A stretch of 52,897 nucleotides of DNA, taken from contig JALMLS010000449.1 of NCBI GenBank assembly GCA_038496445.1, forward strand, positions 1 through 52,897. The letters are read 5' to 3'. Of this stretch, positions 22,554 through 35,446 are shown piece by piece. Within the stretch, counting starts at the first letter, position 1. The number at the start of each line of letters is the position of its first letter. The stretch is from Trichosphaerium sp. ATCC 40318. Taxonomy: Eukaryota; Protista; Tubulinea. The position numbers and the translations under genes are program-made. The notes under the pieces were generated by a model. The model had not been told where the DNA came from and ran no database searches. It saw only the letters and a program-made list of their open reading frames with translations.

Positions 22554-23102
22554 ATGCAGAGTAGTGTAGCTGATCCTGATGCTAAACGGGTGTTAATGTA
22601 CGCTTTTTGAAGTACAAACGTTCAAAAACGTATAACAATACCTGATTTGATTTTGCGCGCTCTTGGAACGCCTAATAAACCATTTTGATAGTGATTTGTA
22701 CGATTTTGTGTTAATTTCGTTTCTAGCAACGCACCACACGTTGAAACGCTCACATCGTTTCGCGATCTCCCAAGAGAGATCATTGGCGTCATTTTAACCT
22801 ATTTAAAGCACTCAAGGTTCGAAGCAGCACAAACATGTCAATTATGGGCCAAAATCATACATAATAGCGTAGGGTACATACGTGTACGTACCAAAACAGA
22901 TGAAGACGTTTTAAGAATTTCAATGTTTGACGGAATCCTCCGAAACACAAAGATCTTTTGTCATCCTAATATAACAGATGATGCCGTTAAATCAATAAGA
23001 AAAGCATGCAATATAACATTTGAAGATTGCTTAGAAATAACAGATGATAGCATTGGATTACTTGAAAACATAAAAACGATTCATTTATGGAACTGTCCAC
23101 AG
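22554..23102 (+). pseudogene. F-box/LRR gene truncated by LINE insertion (paralog of 8866-9915)
   Basis: MQSSVADPDAKRVL|I..FRDLPREIIGVILTYL..AAQTCQLW (F-box), then LRRs ITDDAVKSI and CLEITDDSIGLLENIKTIHLWNCPQ, which run directly into the LINE tail. Confidence 0.75.
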
Positions 23103-23280
23103 TTCAGTTCAGTTCAGTTTATTCTGGTACAGTCAGAGCTGTTCAACAAAGTCCTTTTACAGTAGGATCTCACATAAAGTCAGTGCGCATGCTTTGCATG
23201 CGCACCGCCGCTCAGGGACGGTGTCTGGGCGGGTTTGTTTCTGACCAGGGACGCAGGCTAGTCTGCGAGTTTCAAGCCTG

Positions 23281-26200
23281 CTATGTAATAGGTGGGTTAT
23301 GATCGTCGTCGCGTTCTGGTTCGATTCGTATCGACCTCCACGCGCTTTCCATTAGTTTGCATCTTTTCCTGTATAGTTTCTGATATCGCTGTGTCATTCT
23401 GCGCTGTATGTTCTTGAGTTTGTTGTCCGTGTATTTGATGTCGTAGCCAGCCATGAGGCATTTCACTACGATCGCCTTAGGGATGAAGCAGTCGCCATTG
23501 ATCCATTCTGTATCTGTTTCTTTCATTTTGACTTTTGGGAAGCTTCTGCGAAACTTTTTAGTGGTTTTATGCTTGATTTCTGTTCTGTGTTCTTGGGTGC
23601 AGCTACACTCGTTAAGAATGTGGTTAGTGTCCTCTTTTTCAGCAGTGCATAGTAGGCAGTTGGGGTGTTTGTATTTTGCATTGTACGCTTCTGTGTTATG
23701 TTCTCCTGTGTTCTTGTTCATCTCATATCTACCGCACAGTCGTCTATTGCGCGCCTTCAACATAAAGCGTATGCTTTTGTCGTTCTTTATGGGTTCTTCT
23801 TGTAGTGCTGTGGATATGACCATGTCCTGGTCTTTGTAGTGAGGGAAGTCTTGGTTAAATGCCTTCGTTTCGTTATCTCTGTATCTGTTTTGAATGGTGT
23901 TTCTAATGGATCCTTCTAGTAGGTTGTCGTTAAAGTCATATAGGGAACATTCTAGTGTGGTGCGTCTCTTGGGTTTGGATTCCGGTGGGAGCTCTAGCGC
24001 TTCTTTGGCTAGTCTATCTGCTTCGTCATTACCGTCTATGATCCAGGCAATGTCTTCTCCGAAGGTGTTGTGTAGCGTATTGAGTTCTTGGTATATTTCC
24101 GCGTTTTTGTTGGGGGTTGTTGCTAGCTTTTGTAGTTTTCATTTACGTGGCTGGGGACTTTGAAGAAGGTGACAAGTCCTCCCTGTTTGTTTTTGAGGGA
24201 GATGGCTCTATTCATCTCTTCTATGAGGGCTTTGTTTGGCGCTTTAGCTTTTTGTAGGTGCGTTTTGCCTCTCCACCTAGTGGCACAGTGTATTACGTAT
24301 TTGGAGTCTGTGAAGATGTCTATGTCGTCTTCTCTGTTGGCGTTTTTGATGGCATATGTGGCTGCTTCTAACTCTGCGATGTCGACCGTGTCGCCTGTGA
24401 TTGTTTTGGAGTAATAGTTTCTGTCGTCATCAGGGCCGTAGTATACACCCATACCCGCACCGGGTTGACCGTCTCTCTTGGAGCCGTCTGTCCACACCGC
24501 AAGTTTTTGCTTGTCGGTGCAATTGTAATTGCAAAATTGGAATATTTCGTAGGTGGGATTCATGTTTCGGAGGAGGTACTGTTTCAGATTTGTGGAGTTG
24601 TTTTGGCTGACGATGTTTTTCAGCTTTTGGTAGTTCTGTACTGTTATTGAGGCCAAAGGGCCTGTGAGTTGGTTAAACTCTTTGATGTGTTTTGTAGTGG
24701 CCACATCGGCCCATTTTGAGTCTAGAGGTATGTTTAATTTGGTAAATTTATGGTAGTCGGCGTGGTTTAGAGTATCAACTATTTGATCAGGTACTGTTTC
24801 ATGGTTGACCGGGTTGATTTTAATTTCGTTTAGGAGCTTGACATATGTAGTAATGCGTTCATCGTCTATGTCGTGCACTGCTATTGGAGGTAGTTGTCTG
24901 AGCGTTTCTCCGAGATTGCGTCTGCCTATGCGATCAAGGTATTTGTTATCTTTGAGTCTTTGCCTAGTAGTTTGGCGTGCTATTGAGCCTATGCGCGTGT
25001 TGATGCCCATGCAGTGCATGTTGGCTATGAAGCCGACATTTGAGAGGAGCGAGGGTTGTGTTGCTCCAAAGCCCCCTTCCTTTGGATCTATCCATAGTTG
25101 GCTGTATTTAGTGTATGATGACATGGGAACTGACCAGAAGAGGTTTTTGGCGAGTGCCTTCTTTAACTTGAAGATTTTGCTGTTGGGTATGTGATAGAAG
25201 TTAGCGTGGTATTGTAGTGCTGGGTTAATCACCGTGTTGATGATTTTGCGACGTGCCGTTAACGGGATTTGTCTATGTTGTATTAATGCTAGTCTGTACA
25301 GGTATGCGTTTGAGGCGGCGTTGAGATCTACCGACCAATCTAATTCTGTATTTACGTGTATTCCTAGGTATTTGTAGGACTTGTGTAATCCTATATTTTC
25401 GATTTTAAGGATATTTCCGTTGACTTCAATGTCTATATCACCCGCCTGTGCTAGCGATGACATATATTTGGTTTTTTTGACGTTGATGGATAGTCCATTG
25501 TGTTGGCAGAATTCTTGGAAGGTTTTTACCATATCCTCCATCTCTTCCTTGTTGTTTGAGAGGAATACTAGATCATCGCAATAGGCGAGGATTGGGATTT
25601 TGAGCAGCGCGTTTTTGGCGAATGTGTATCCTTGATAGGTGTTCTGTATGTGTTTAATAATAGGGTTAAGTACTGTGATGAATAGTAAAGGGGAGAGGAT
25701 GTCTCCTTGGCGGACTCCGTTTTTGATTTGGAATTGATCGGAGAGACCGCACGGTGTGAGCAGTTGCGCCGTGCCGTGTTTATATGTGCCTTCTATTGCT
25801 TGAATCATTTTCTTGGGTACTTTGTAGTATGTGAGGGTGTCTTTTATTGACCAGTGTTCTATTGAGTCGAATGCTTTTTTGAGATCAAAGAAGGTGAGGT
25901 GTACATTTTGGTTGTCGTTTTGTTTGTTGTCTTCCATGATGTTAATGAGTGTGTTGACGTGTTCTAGGGTGGATCTTTCTTTACGGAAGCCGTTTTGGAG
26001 ATTGGAAAGGAGGTTGTTGTCTTCCATGAAGACTACTAATCGATTGTAGAGTATTCTTGTGTATATTTTGTGCTGAACGCATAGGAGCGCTATAGGTCGG
26101 TAGTTGTTGGGTGCTGTTTCGTCTGATCCATTTTTGTGTATTAGGCATATGATGGATCTGTTCCAGGAGGAGGGGATGATTCCTGTGGCGTATGCTCGTT

Positions 26201-29200
26201 TGCACACAAGAAAAAGGATGTCGTGGTAACGTTCTGGTAATTTCTTAAGTACTTCCGCCGGTATGCAGTCTTCACCTGCTCTTTTCCATTCTTTGGTGTC
26301 GTGTAGGGCTTGTTCATATTCGCTTCTGGTGATGTCGTGTGTTTTCATTGGTTGTGTGATTGTTGTGTCGTCTTTGAGCCATTTTGGTGTCGGGCCCTTG
26401 GGTTTTGGGCTATTTTTCAGGGCTGAAACTCAGCTAGGCATTACCTTAAAAAATGATGCATATTCCTAACATTTGGCATCAGATGGCAAAATCAAGGCAT
26501 TTGCATTTGGCATTGCCCAATAAAGTAAGGCATTTTTACAAAAAGGCAATGCCTTCATCAAAAAGGCATTAAAACCAGGCATTTTTGGGCATCTTTTGGC
26601 ATTGCATAAAATCAGGTAATGCCTTGTATTGCATTTTTTGGCATTGCATAAAATCAAGTAATGCCCTGTATTGCAAGTACTTTATGCCTTTATTATGCTT
26701 TATTTTTTTAAGCATTATATGCCTTGTATTCCAATTCATATATAAGGCATTGCTTATACTATATCATAGGAACTGATCACATTAAGGAAGTGGTTTAAGC
26801 TAAGTAACAGTCAAACAACTTTTACACTTTTTTTTTCACATCACCTATTGACGTTTTATATAGATAGGCACCTAGAGCTTTTAGTAATTCATGAAATTAG
26901 ACGAAACCACCGCCAAACGAACCGCAGCACCCTATTTCACCTACAACAGTACTAGGAGTGAACTCCGCGATATTTCCAGGACCGCGGAATTCTAACACTA
27001 CAAGGTAAGTTTTTTTTTTTTTTTTTCTACACCATCTCATATTTTCTTTAAGGTTTTTTCAAATGTGGACTTAGGAGTTTTGTGTATTGTATGTGTACTG
27101 TATTATAAAATAAATAGTTGTGTTATTACCTGAAAATGCCCTGGTTTATTAGGCACTGTAGACTATGATAATGCTTTCTTTTTGCCTTCAAAATAAGGCA
27201 TTGATGCATGAGTTATGCCCTAATTTGAAGGGCATAATTCCTAAAAATATGCAGGCAAAACCATTGCAATCTTGTGTACCAGATGCAAGCATTTTTCATC
27301 AAATATGAGGCATTTTTGGAGCAAAAAATAAGGCATTGCCCTGTATTTGCCTTTTTGAATGAGGCAAAAACTAGGCATTTTTGTAAAAAATAAGGCATTA
27401 TTTGATGAAAATGCCTAGGCATTGTCCAAAAATGCCTTGTTGAGTTTCAGCCCTGTTTTGCAGAATCTTTTTCCAGGTTTTGACCAGCAGTTTAAGCTTG
27501 TCTTCTGTGTCGGTGATGAGTTCTTCTGTGTTTGGGTCTACAAGCGCTGCCATATGGGCACGGTTACGTCTGGAGAGGAGGTTGTCGAAGAATTTTTTTG
27601 GTTCATTTTTGTAGTTTTCTATGAGTCTATCGATGTTTTGATGTATGATCCTGCTTTTGACTTTCTCAGCGCGGCGTCTTTGTTGTTTGGCGATGTTGTT
27701 GATCGTGTTTTTTATGAGGATGCGTGCTGTATATTCCACTTTGCCGCGGTATATGTCTAGTATGTTGTGAGTCAATGCCGTCAGCATATTTGGTAACACG
27801 TAGCGATTTCAGCATGACATCTTTCCATTTTGTCCAGTTATGCGTAGATATGTGTTTCCGTTTGTTGATCTTGTTGGCGATCTTCCTAGTTCTTCTTTTT
27901 GCGTTGGCGATTTTGTTAAGTTTCTTATCGAGGAGCTTGCTATTTTTCCTAGCTTTACGGGTGCCCAGGGTCTTGACGCACGAGTCGTAGATGTCTTGGT
28001 TGATTTTTTTCGATATTTCATCAGGCGATGCCTGTTTGTTTTGCAGGAATTTTTTAAGCTCTTCGGCAGTGTCGTCATTAATTTTAAAGTTTTGTAGGGG
28101 TATCAGCACGTGTTTTGCGCTTTTTGATGTACGAATTGTGGGTTTGGCAGTTCGTGGTATGTAAGTCGTTCTGTTGTTTGCACTGAGGTCTGTTTTGTAC
28201 GTGAGTTTGATTGGTACGTGATCGCTGTCAGTAAATGGATTTTGTATGATTTTAGTGTGTAGAATATTGGCTATGAGTGATCTTTTAACCAGGAAGAGGT
28301 TGATATGTGCTTTGGATCGATACATGTTGGTTTTGCTTTGATTGTCATTGCCGTATCGAGTGTATTCCTTCTTATTAGGGAACTTGGCGCGGTATGCGCA
28401 TGTGAGGTTGTGGGCGCTCATGAGTTCTTTGAGCTTTGCGTTTTGTTTTGGCGGTTTTATGTGTACAGTGTCTTTGAGGAGCCACCTGTCTTTGTTAATG
28501 TCTAGCGTGGCGTTGAAGTCTCCACCCATGATGATCTCGTGTTTTTTGTTTTTGTATTTCTTTTTACGTTTCTCGATAATTTTGTTTAATCTCTGAAAAA
28601 AGACTTTACCTTCGCTGAGTGAGCATGGCGCGTACACATTGACAATAAAAATGATGGTTCCTTTATTGGGTTCCATTTCTGTGATGATAAATTTTCTAGA
28701 CGTATCTTTGTATGTATTAACTACAAGCGGCAACAGGGATTTGTGAATAAGCGTAATCGTTCCTTCTGAGGGCCTTGGGTCGAAGTTTGGGTTTTGTTGT
28801 CGTTTTGTATAGAAATTTCAATTTGTTCCATCGTTTTGCCTCTAGATGGCCAATTTTTGTAGCGTCTTTCGTGCGCTTTGTTGCGTCGTTGCTCTAGAGA
28901 GAGAAGGTTGTTAAAGTTTAGGAAGTTGTCTGTGAGTTCTGCGTAGGTGCTCCATTTGTAGTCGGCATTGCGTATGTGTGGTTCTTGGACCAGGACGATG
29001 CCTGCTTTCGCCTTTTTCGCCTGTCTGTAGATGTTGTAGGAGTTATCGCCCCAATTTCCGTTTGCATTGAAAGAAAGGAGCGTAATAGATTCGTTACTGG
29101 TTGGGTATGTATTATCGAGTGCGTACGTGTTGTTTGGGTGGTTTTTCTGATAAGTGTTGAGGTTCCAATTGCACGGTGTCGCTTTCGCTATCCTCGCAAA

Positions 29201-29278
29201 GTTGTTACCTTGTAGTGAGCCATGATTATTGCCTAAAAATCTGACATCGCTGGTTAAAGAAACTTTAGAGAGACTCAT
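23281..29278 (-). pseudogene. LINE ORF2 (APE endonuclease, reverse transcriptase, RNase H, CCHC), frameshifted and interrupted by a MITE
   Basis: APE: SFNANG, VQEPH, GGDFN, SDH. RT: NYRPIAL, QNGFR, FFDLKKAFDS, GVRQGDILSP, YCDD, YKYLG. RNase H: WTDGS, AELEA, FTDS, KVPSH, GNDEADRLAK. Zinc finger CLLC..EDTNHILNEC. Frameshifts near 28770, 27770 and 24130. Confidence 0.92.
26418..27455. mobile_element. non-autonomous DNA element, family D (CAGGGCTGAAACT TIRs, AGGCA subterminal repeats, 2-bp TSD TT)
   Basis: Perfect terminal inverted repeats. Removing the element plus 2 bp restores LINE ORF2 in frame (..KILQ|KNSPKPKGPTPKWL..QPMKTH). Confidence 0.9.
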
Positions 29279-29308
29279 GATATAAAATATTGGATGGTAA
29301 GGTTTTTA

Positions 29309-30816
29309 TTATACTGTAGGTGAGTTTTTTCCAGCAATTGGTACAAGAGGGGAAGAGTTAGAGGGCTGCGTAGAGCTTTTGTCGTTCGGTACGACTCTAC
29401 GACGTTTACGGTGAGTTTTGTTTTGGACGTTTTGGGAGGAGTCGTTTTGCGTAGCGTCTTTTTGCGCTCCTTGCGCGTCACACATGTTGGTATCGCCATC
29501 TTGGTCGTTTGGTGCCATAATTTCACTGTGTAGCTTAAGGAGGTCGACTTCGACTCGTAATTTGGTGAATTCCTGTTCCATACTGTGGATACTGTATTTG
29601 TGTGAGAAGAAGGAGGAGGGAAGAGTAGGGTAAGGATTGCATACCAGCCAGTTAAGGCTTCGAGATATTGCTGTTGGGTAAGTATTTGCAACGATTGTTC
29701 GTCGAATTTGTTTTTGTATTGCATCATGAACTCTGTGTTGCATTGTTCGCGAGGAGTTTTAGAAGGGAGGTTTGTACGATAGTTCCAGTCTTTGTCGTAG
29801 ACGTGAGGTTTGTTGATGGCGAGTACGCCTGAGTACGAGTGGCGGTTTGCGACACCGTGAGCCAGTTCCTCAATCATGGCTTGTTTGGAGGGGAAGGTGA
29901 TGAATGCGTAACCTGTGCATTTTTCGTTGAAGATTGAGCGTCCGATAAGTATGCTTTCCATAGGGATTTGGCAGTTTGCGGCCTCGAAGACCATTTTACG
30001 CATTCTGCGTACCGATATATTGCCTTTAGGCAGGCTTTTGACAGCCAGAGTGTGTGGGTATATGACTTTGACGGGTGGTGTGAGTACCACAGGGTGTTCG
30101 GTGTTGCCTATAAGGCCAGCTTCGTAAAGGGCAATGTTTCGTTCTATATCTGAATAGAAAACGAAGCCACCATAGGCTCCGAGCCATCCTGTTGCCAATG
30201 CTATGGCTTTTGGATCGATGTGTTTGATCTTTTCTCGCTGTTGAGTGGAGAGGAAGGCGGCAGTAAATGTGCACGTATCTGCGTGGTTGAGCTGTTGCTG
30301 TTTTTGCCAGGCGTTGTTGTAGGAGTTGTTGTTGGAGTATCTTGCGTTTCTCCCTTTGTTGTTGTAGTTGTTGTTTTGTGGTGCCGTGCGCATTATGGTG
30401 TGTAGTTGTAGTTTGCATGCTGCTGCGTTTTTGTGTTCAGTGTAGTAAGCTTCTCCACTGTTGGACCATACGGCCTTAGCTGCTAGAACAGCGTTGTCTT
30501 CGGAGTTGAGGTTGACGTACACGAAGGGGATGAAGTCTGTTCCCCCATCGCAGTGATGGTCTGTGTTGGTAGGAGCGAGGATTTCTTCTATAAAGAGTTG
30601 TACTTGGCGTGCTGAGTAATCTTCACGTTGGAGGACGGCGATGATGGGGTATTTGTCGTCTACTAGAACCGGTTTGTCTGTATACATGGAGCATTTGTCC
30701 ACTGGGAAGTGTAGCGTAATGGCTGGTTGCGTCGAAGCGAGATTCAAGATGTTCTTTACGGGGGTGGTGCCGGTAGAGGAGAAGGAAGGAAGAGAAGGAA
30801 GAGATGAGGTCCACAT
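29309..30816 (-). CDS. LINE ORF1: RRM-containing nucleic-acid-binding protein with coiled coil; probable 53-nt intron at 29592-29644
   Basis: RRM-like TLAVKSLP..TGYAFITFPS. The first ~120 aa of the track ORF (to 31188) mostly derive from the adjacent MITE and the 5' UTR; likely start ATG 30816. Confidence 0.75.
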
Positions 30817-30927
30817 GTTGAGAATTTGTATAAGTAGGCCAATGTAGGCAAAAGGAGGATTTATTGGAGAATGTGGATTTATATAACGATACGGTTTTCT
30901 TGCGACCGGTCGATTGTTTATTTTGTG

Positions 30928-32896
30928 CAGGTCTAAAATTTTCGAGCTGTTTTTATGGTAGATACCATGGATTTGTGGTATAATTATACCATTGATTACA
31001 ATTTTATACCACAAATTCCAGTATAATATACCATAAATCACAGGATTTATACCATAAAACAGCCAAATTATACCATAAATATGCAGTAGAAAGTGCGAAT
31101 TTATACCATATTTTTGCACCTGAAAAAATGCAATATATGGTATAATTCTACCATAAAACATGGTATAAAACACAGTATAATACCACAAAGTCTGGTATAT
31201 TATACCTTAAAACTTGGTAGATTATACCACAAAACCAGGTGTATTATACTGTGTAAAAACTGTTCTAATAATAAACCACATTTATTAATACATTTTTTTG
31301 TTTACATCCGTGACCTTTGGTTTTGTCCATATCCTCTTTTGTGGTAGTTGACACATCAAATAACCTTCAAAAAAAATATTGTACTTGCTGTAAGTGCATC
31401 GAATGGACATAGCATGAAAACTAAAAGAAAAATTAGTGAAGGCTTGATGCACAAAATAAATAGTCGTACAAAAATTGCTGTTTTGTTGTGGTGGTGGCAC
31501 TGAGAGAAACAAATGACCTGTGCGGTGGAGCTAAACCAAGACTAAAACAAAGAAATGAAAATAACTGCCAACTTCATCGGAAACAAGTTCTAGCGGAATT
31601 GTACCTGTTAGCTAACACATCTTGGTTTTTTTTTATCATCTATCTAGCTTGGTTAAAACCTATGGCAAGCGGCTTCAAAACAACTACTTTTAGCGTACCT
31701 TGTGTTGTGCGGGCGATAAACTGGACAAGACTTAGTTTTGTGCTCTGACTTAGCCAATTGGTTTACAATATCACTCGTAAGGTCAACGCATGGGTGTGAA
31801 GCCTAAATGCTATCTGTTCTGGCAAATGCGCGCGTTTAGTAGGGAAAAATTCAAAAAAATCCAAAAAATCCAAAAAAAACCAAAAAACTCAAAAAATGGG
31901 TAGGCTCTGAAACAACTTGGCCTTATAGCACTATTCACGCGTTTTAACATGCATTGGAGCGTATATCAAAAATGGCAAAAAAAAATAAATAATTTTGCTC
32001 CTGATTTGGTAAATGAGGCTGTATGGCGTTGATTGAGTGTAAAAATGCCTATGGAGGGGAGAAAAAAATGAGAGCTGGGGAAAAAAACCTCCAATTGGAG
32101 GTTTTTTGCGAATGGGCATTTTTCGAGCACTAAACGCGTTTTTGGTGTGTCTACCACTGTAACGTTCTAACATGGGGTACGTGGAGTGGTTTCTTCCTCA
32201 AATACCATCAATCGGAGAAAATTGTCCAATTTATCCCTAAAACGCCTGTAATTGGGGCGCGTTACCAGATTTCTCTTTTAAAACTGTTTTTCACACATTT
32301 ATATGCCAATTATGTTCAATAACGGCTACTGTCAAAGCATTGTGTGGTATGGCGTTTGCGTAGGTCCAAAGGCTATTAAATCAAGTGTAGACTAAGTGAG
32401 CTTTGACTAACTTATACTTATACGGTATAATACCACGGTATAATACCACATTTTATGGTATAATTATATGGTATAATGCATGGTATACTATACTTTAAAA
32501 TACAGTATAATACCATGGTATAATACTGTGTTTTATGGTATAATTATATGGTATAATGCATGGTATAATATACTTTAAAATGCAGTATAATACCATGGTA
32601 TAGTACCATGTTTTATGGTATAATTATATGGTATAATGCATGGTATAATGTACTGTAAAATGTGGTATAATACCATGGTATAGTACCATGTTTTATGGTA
32701 TAATTATATTCTATAAATTGAAATATGGTATAAACATGGTATAATGGCTGTTATACCATTTGTCCAAAAAACATGGTATTATACCATATTTTATGGTATA
32801 ATTATATGGTATAATTATGGATTATACTGAGCTTGTACCATAAAAGGTGATTATACCATAAAATACGGTATAATACCGTGATAATTTTCAGACCTG
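30928..32896. mobile_element. non-autonomous DNA element, family A copy 1 (CAGGTCT TIRs, GGTATA/TATACC subterminal arrays)
   Basis: Near-identical inverted copy of 46423-48394. Flanks TG / AA do not match. Confidence 0.9.
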
Positions 32897-32932
32897 AACC
32901 CAAAAACCACAAATAAACGTCAACGAAAGCTT

Positions 32933-35392
32933 ATGTCTTCTACTGGTACTCTTCTTGCGGATTTTGACCGTTTCTCAGCTATTTCCATCTTACAAAATCT
33001 TTTGCCATTTGGCCAAAACCAGCTGAGAACGGTGGAGGCCCTTGGGGCAGCTTTTCTATGCGGTATCGACTCTCAATTTTACGCTGTTTGGCTGAAAACT
33101 GATGAGGATACACGCAAAGCTTATATCGATTTTCTTCTACATTCATTAGAAAAAGAGGTGGCGGTTCCGCCATTGTTTTATAATCGAAATCACAAACTTC
33201 GTCCTTTGCTTTCTCCTGTACTTCAAGCTATTAACGCACCTTCCCTAGAACCACACCCGCCTGTCGCTCCCACTGAAGCCCCTCCTGCAACTACGCCCTC
33301 TACTGACCCCAAAGTGCTTGCTATCTTGGTTTCTCTACAGGCCAGTATGGATAAAATCCACTCTGAGGTATCTGCAAATTCAGCGGCAATCACGAGAGTC
33401 GCTAATCTCCCAAAGGTGATTACGAATCTCGCTGGTCCTAAGAGTCCGCTGTCTTCTGCTAACACACCTATGTCTGGTAGAGTTCTCTGCCAAGCTACGA
33501 ACGCTGTTGATGTTACTCTTCCAAGTACGTCTTTATCACCTCCTTCCTCCTTTGTCGATTCTGATGTGGGCATAGCGGATCCGCTTAATCGGACCGTTTC
33601 GGCTGGTAGTATGGGACTTGCTGAGAGTGTTTCGAAGGCGCAGCTAGACTAGGTTGAAGCGTCTATTGATAAGCGTTTTCTGAACGTTTTGAAAAGGCAA
33701 TCACCTTCTACTGTTACTTCTTTAACTGATCACAGGCACCGTGCTGGCTCTGCTCAATTGGTTGATGACGAACCACCTGCTAAGCGTCAGAAGACCACTA
33801 AGTACGGCTTTGCACCTGTTATTTTTCCAGGCGAGATGAAGTTTATTAATACTCTTCTTCTCTCACCTTCGGATTGTCGCGCTTTACGTTCAGATATGAC
33901 GTATAGCCCAGCCGAGTTTGCGATGTTAAACATGCGTATGCTGTTAAAGTATCTTGACTTGGTTAAATCCGATCAACTTACTCTTGAAGCGTTCGTTGAT
34001 TACATCACTTATTTGGAGCAAGTCTTCTCACTTAGTTCTTCAGGCCTGAGGTGGACGGGAGTGAGAGGGATAAGATCGATGGATATGCAGTGGAGGTCGC
34101 GAAACTTGTCGATAGGCTCTCGGTGGTGCGATATACCTCTCTTTTTGATTGCTTTGAACTCTGTTCCTGTGAATAATGCTAATCCTAGTACGAATCGCGG
34201 AAAGGGAACCTCTGCAAGCAACTCGGAAAAGAGATCGAATCAGGTCTAAAAAAATATACCAGTTATTTTGGTATATACCACTTTTATACCACTTTTTTAT
34301 ACCAGTTTTTCATGGTATATACCAAAAAAAGCGGTATATTTTGACCGAAATATACCAAAAAAAGTGGTATATTGACCAAATATACCAACAATATACCAAA
34401 AAAAACAGGTATAAAAGCAGAAAATATACCACTTTTTTTCACCAGAAAAAAAAAAATATACCACTTTTTTATACCACTTTTTTTAGGTATATACCACTTA
34501 TATACCACTTTTTTATACCAGTTTTTCATGGTATATACCACTCTTATATACCACTTTATGCCTACTTATGGTACACCTGCAATTCCAGAAAATACACTTT
34601 ATTTAATACACAGTTTGTGAGTTACAAGTTTTGGACAATGTCCACTACAGTTACATTACTATGGGCGTTTGGAAAATTCGTCCATCTCCATGAGCTTTCT
34701 GTACCTACTGTAAAAACATGCTGCGCACCTAATGAAAGTGGTCCCACCTGAATCCATCAATTACTAAGGCCTACGGAGGTCGGTTAATGTATATCAAACG
34801 AAAATAAAATAAAACTTTGTCTGGTACCCACGAACGTCTGTATAATACCTGCAATATAGTTTCCTTAATGTTGGTACTGTAATCAGGTCCTGCGGTTCGA
34901 ATGAGCTTGGTTTGGTTAGATTCTATGATATACTAAGGTCCCTACGCACCGTTCAATGTATGACATCTATGATCGTTCAACAAGAAAACCCATTACCAAA
35001 AAGCTCCTTAATGACCTTCTTGAAGCATACCATAAAAGTGGTATATACCAATAAAAAGGTGGTATATACCACATACCATAAAAAAGTGGTATATACCACT
35101 TTATATACCATTTTTAGAAGGTCTCATTATGTGAATGAAAAGTGGTATATACCACTTCTATATACCACTTTTTTATTCACTTAATTTCTAAAAAAAGTGG
35201 TATTTCAAAATGGTATATACCAGTTCATATACCATTTTGTTGAAAAAAGTGGTATATACCATAAAAAAACTGGTATATACCACTTTAATTTTTAGACCTG
35301 ATGGCTCGTCAAATACGTCAGACACATCTCTAGCTACCTTGAACTCAAAGGGTATTCGAAGATCGAAGAAGGCAGACCAGGCTCAAAAGTGA
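32933..35392 (+). pseudogene. DIRS gag-like ORF1, premature TAG at 33650 and interrupted by a MITE
   Basis: ORFs 32933 and 33689 are in the same frame. YITYLEQV..MDMQWRS..RW resembles the DIRS gag helical motif. The frame continues after removing 34241-35300 plus 2 bp. Confidence 0.7.
34241..35300. mobile_element. non-autonomous DNA element, family C (CAGGTCTAAAA TIRs, GGTATATACC arrays, 2-bp TSD AT)
   Basis: AT on both flanks; removal restores the gag frame (..KRSN|GSSNTS..). Confidence 0.9.
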
Positions 35393-35446
35393 TGCTTCGC
35401 TGGAGACAAGAGCTTAATAACCCTTGATCTCCCTGAAGGCATTTCA

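Larger units (their letters stand above)
23100..30927 (-). mobile_element. non-LTR retrotransposon (LINE) with APE, RT, RNase H and CCHC; 5' end cut by a DNA element
   Basis: ORF1 and ORF2 as listed below; 3' UTR with hairpins, AATAAA and an (AACTG)4 tail at 23100-23119. Confidence 0.93.

Noticed and set aside
30817-31188. Tyr/Ile-rich N-terminus of the 637-aa ORF and similar ORFs at 34176, 34284 and 48134
   Set aside because: These are translations of GGTATA/TATACC subterminal repeats of MITEs.
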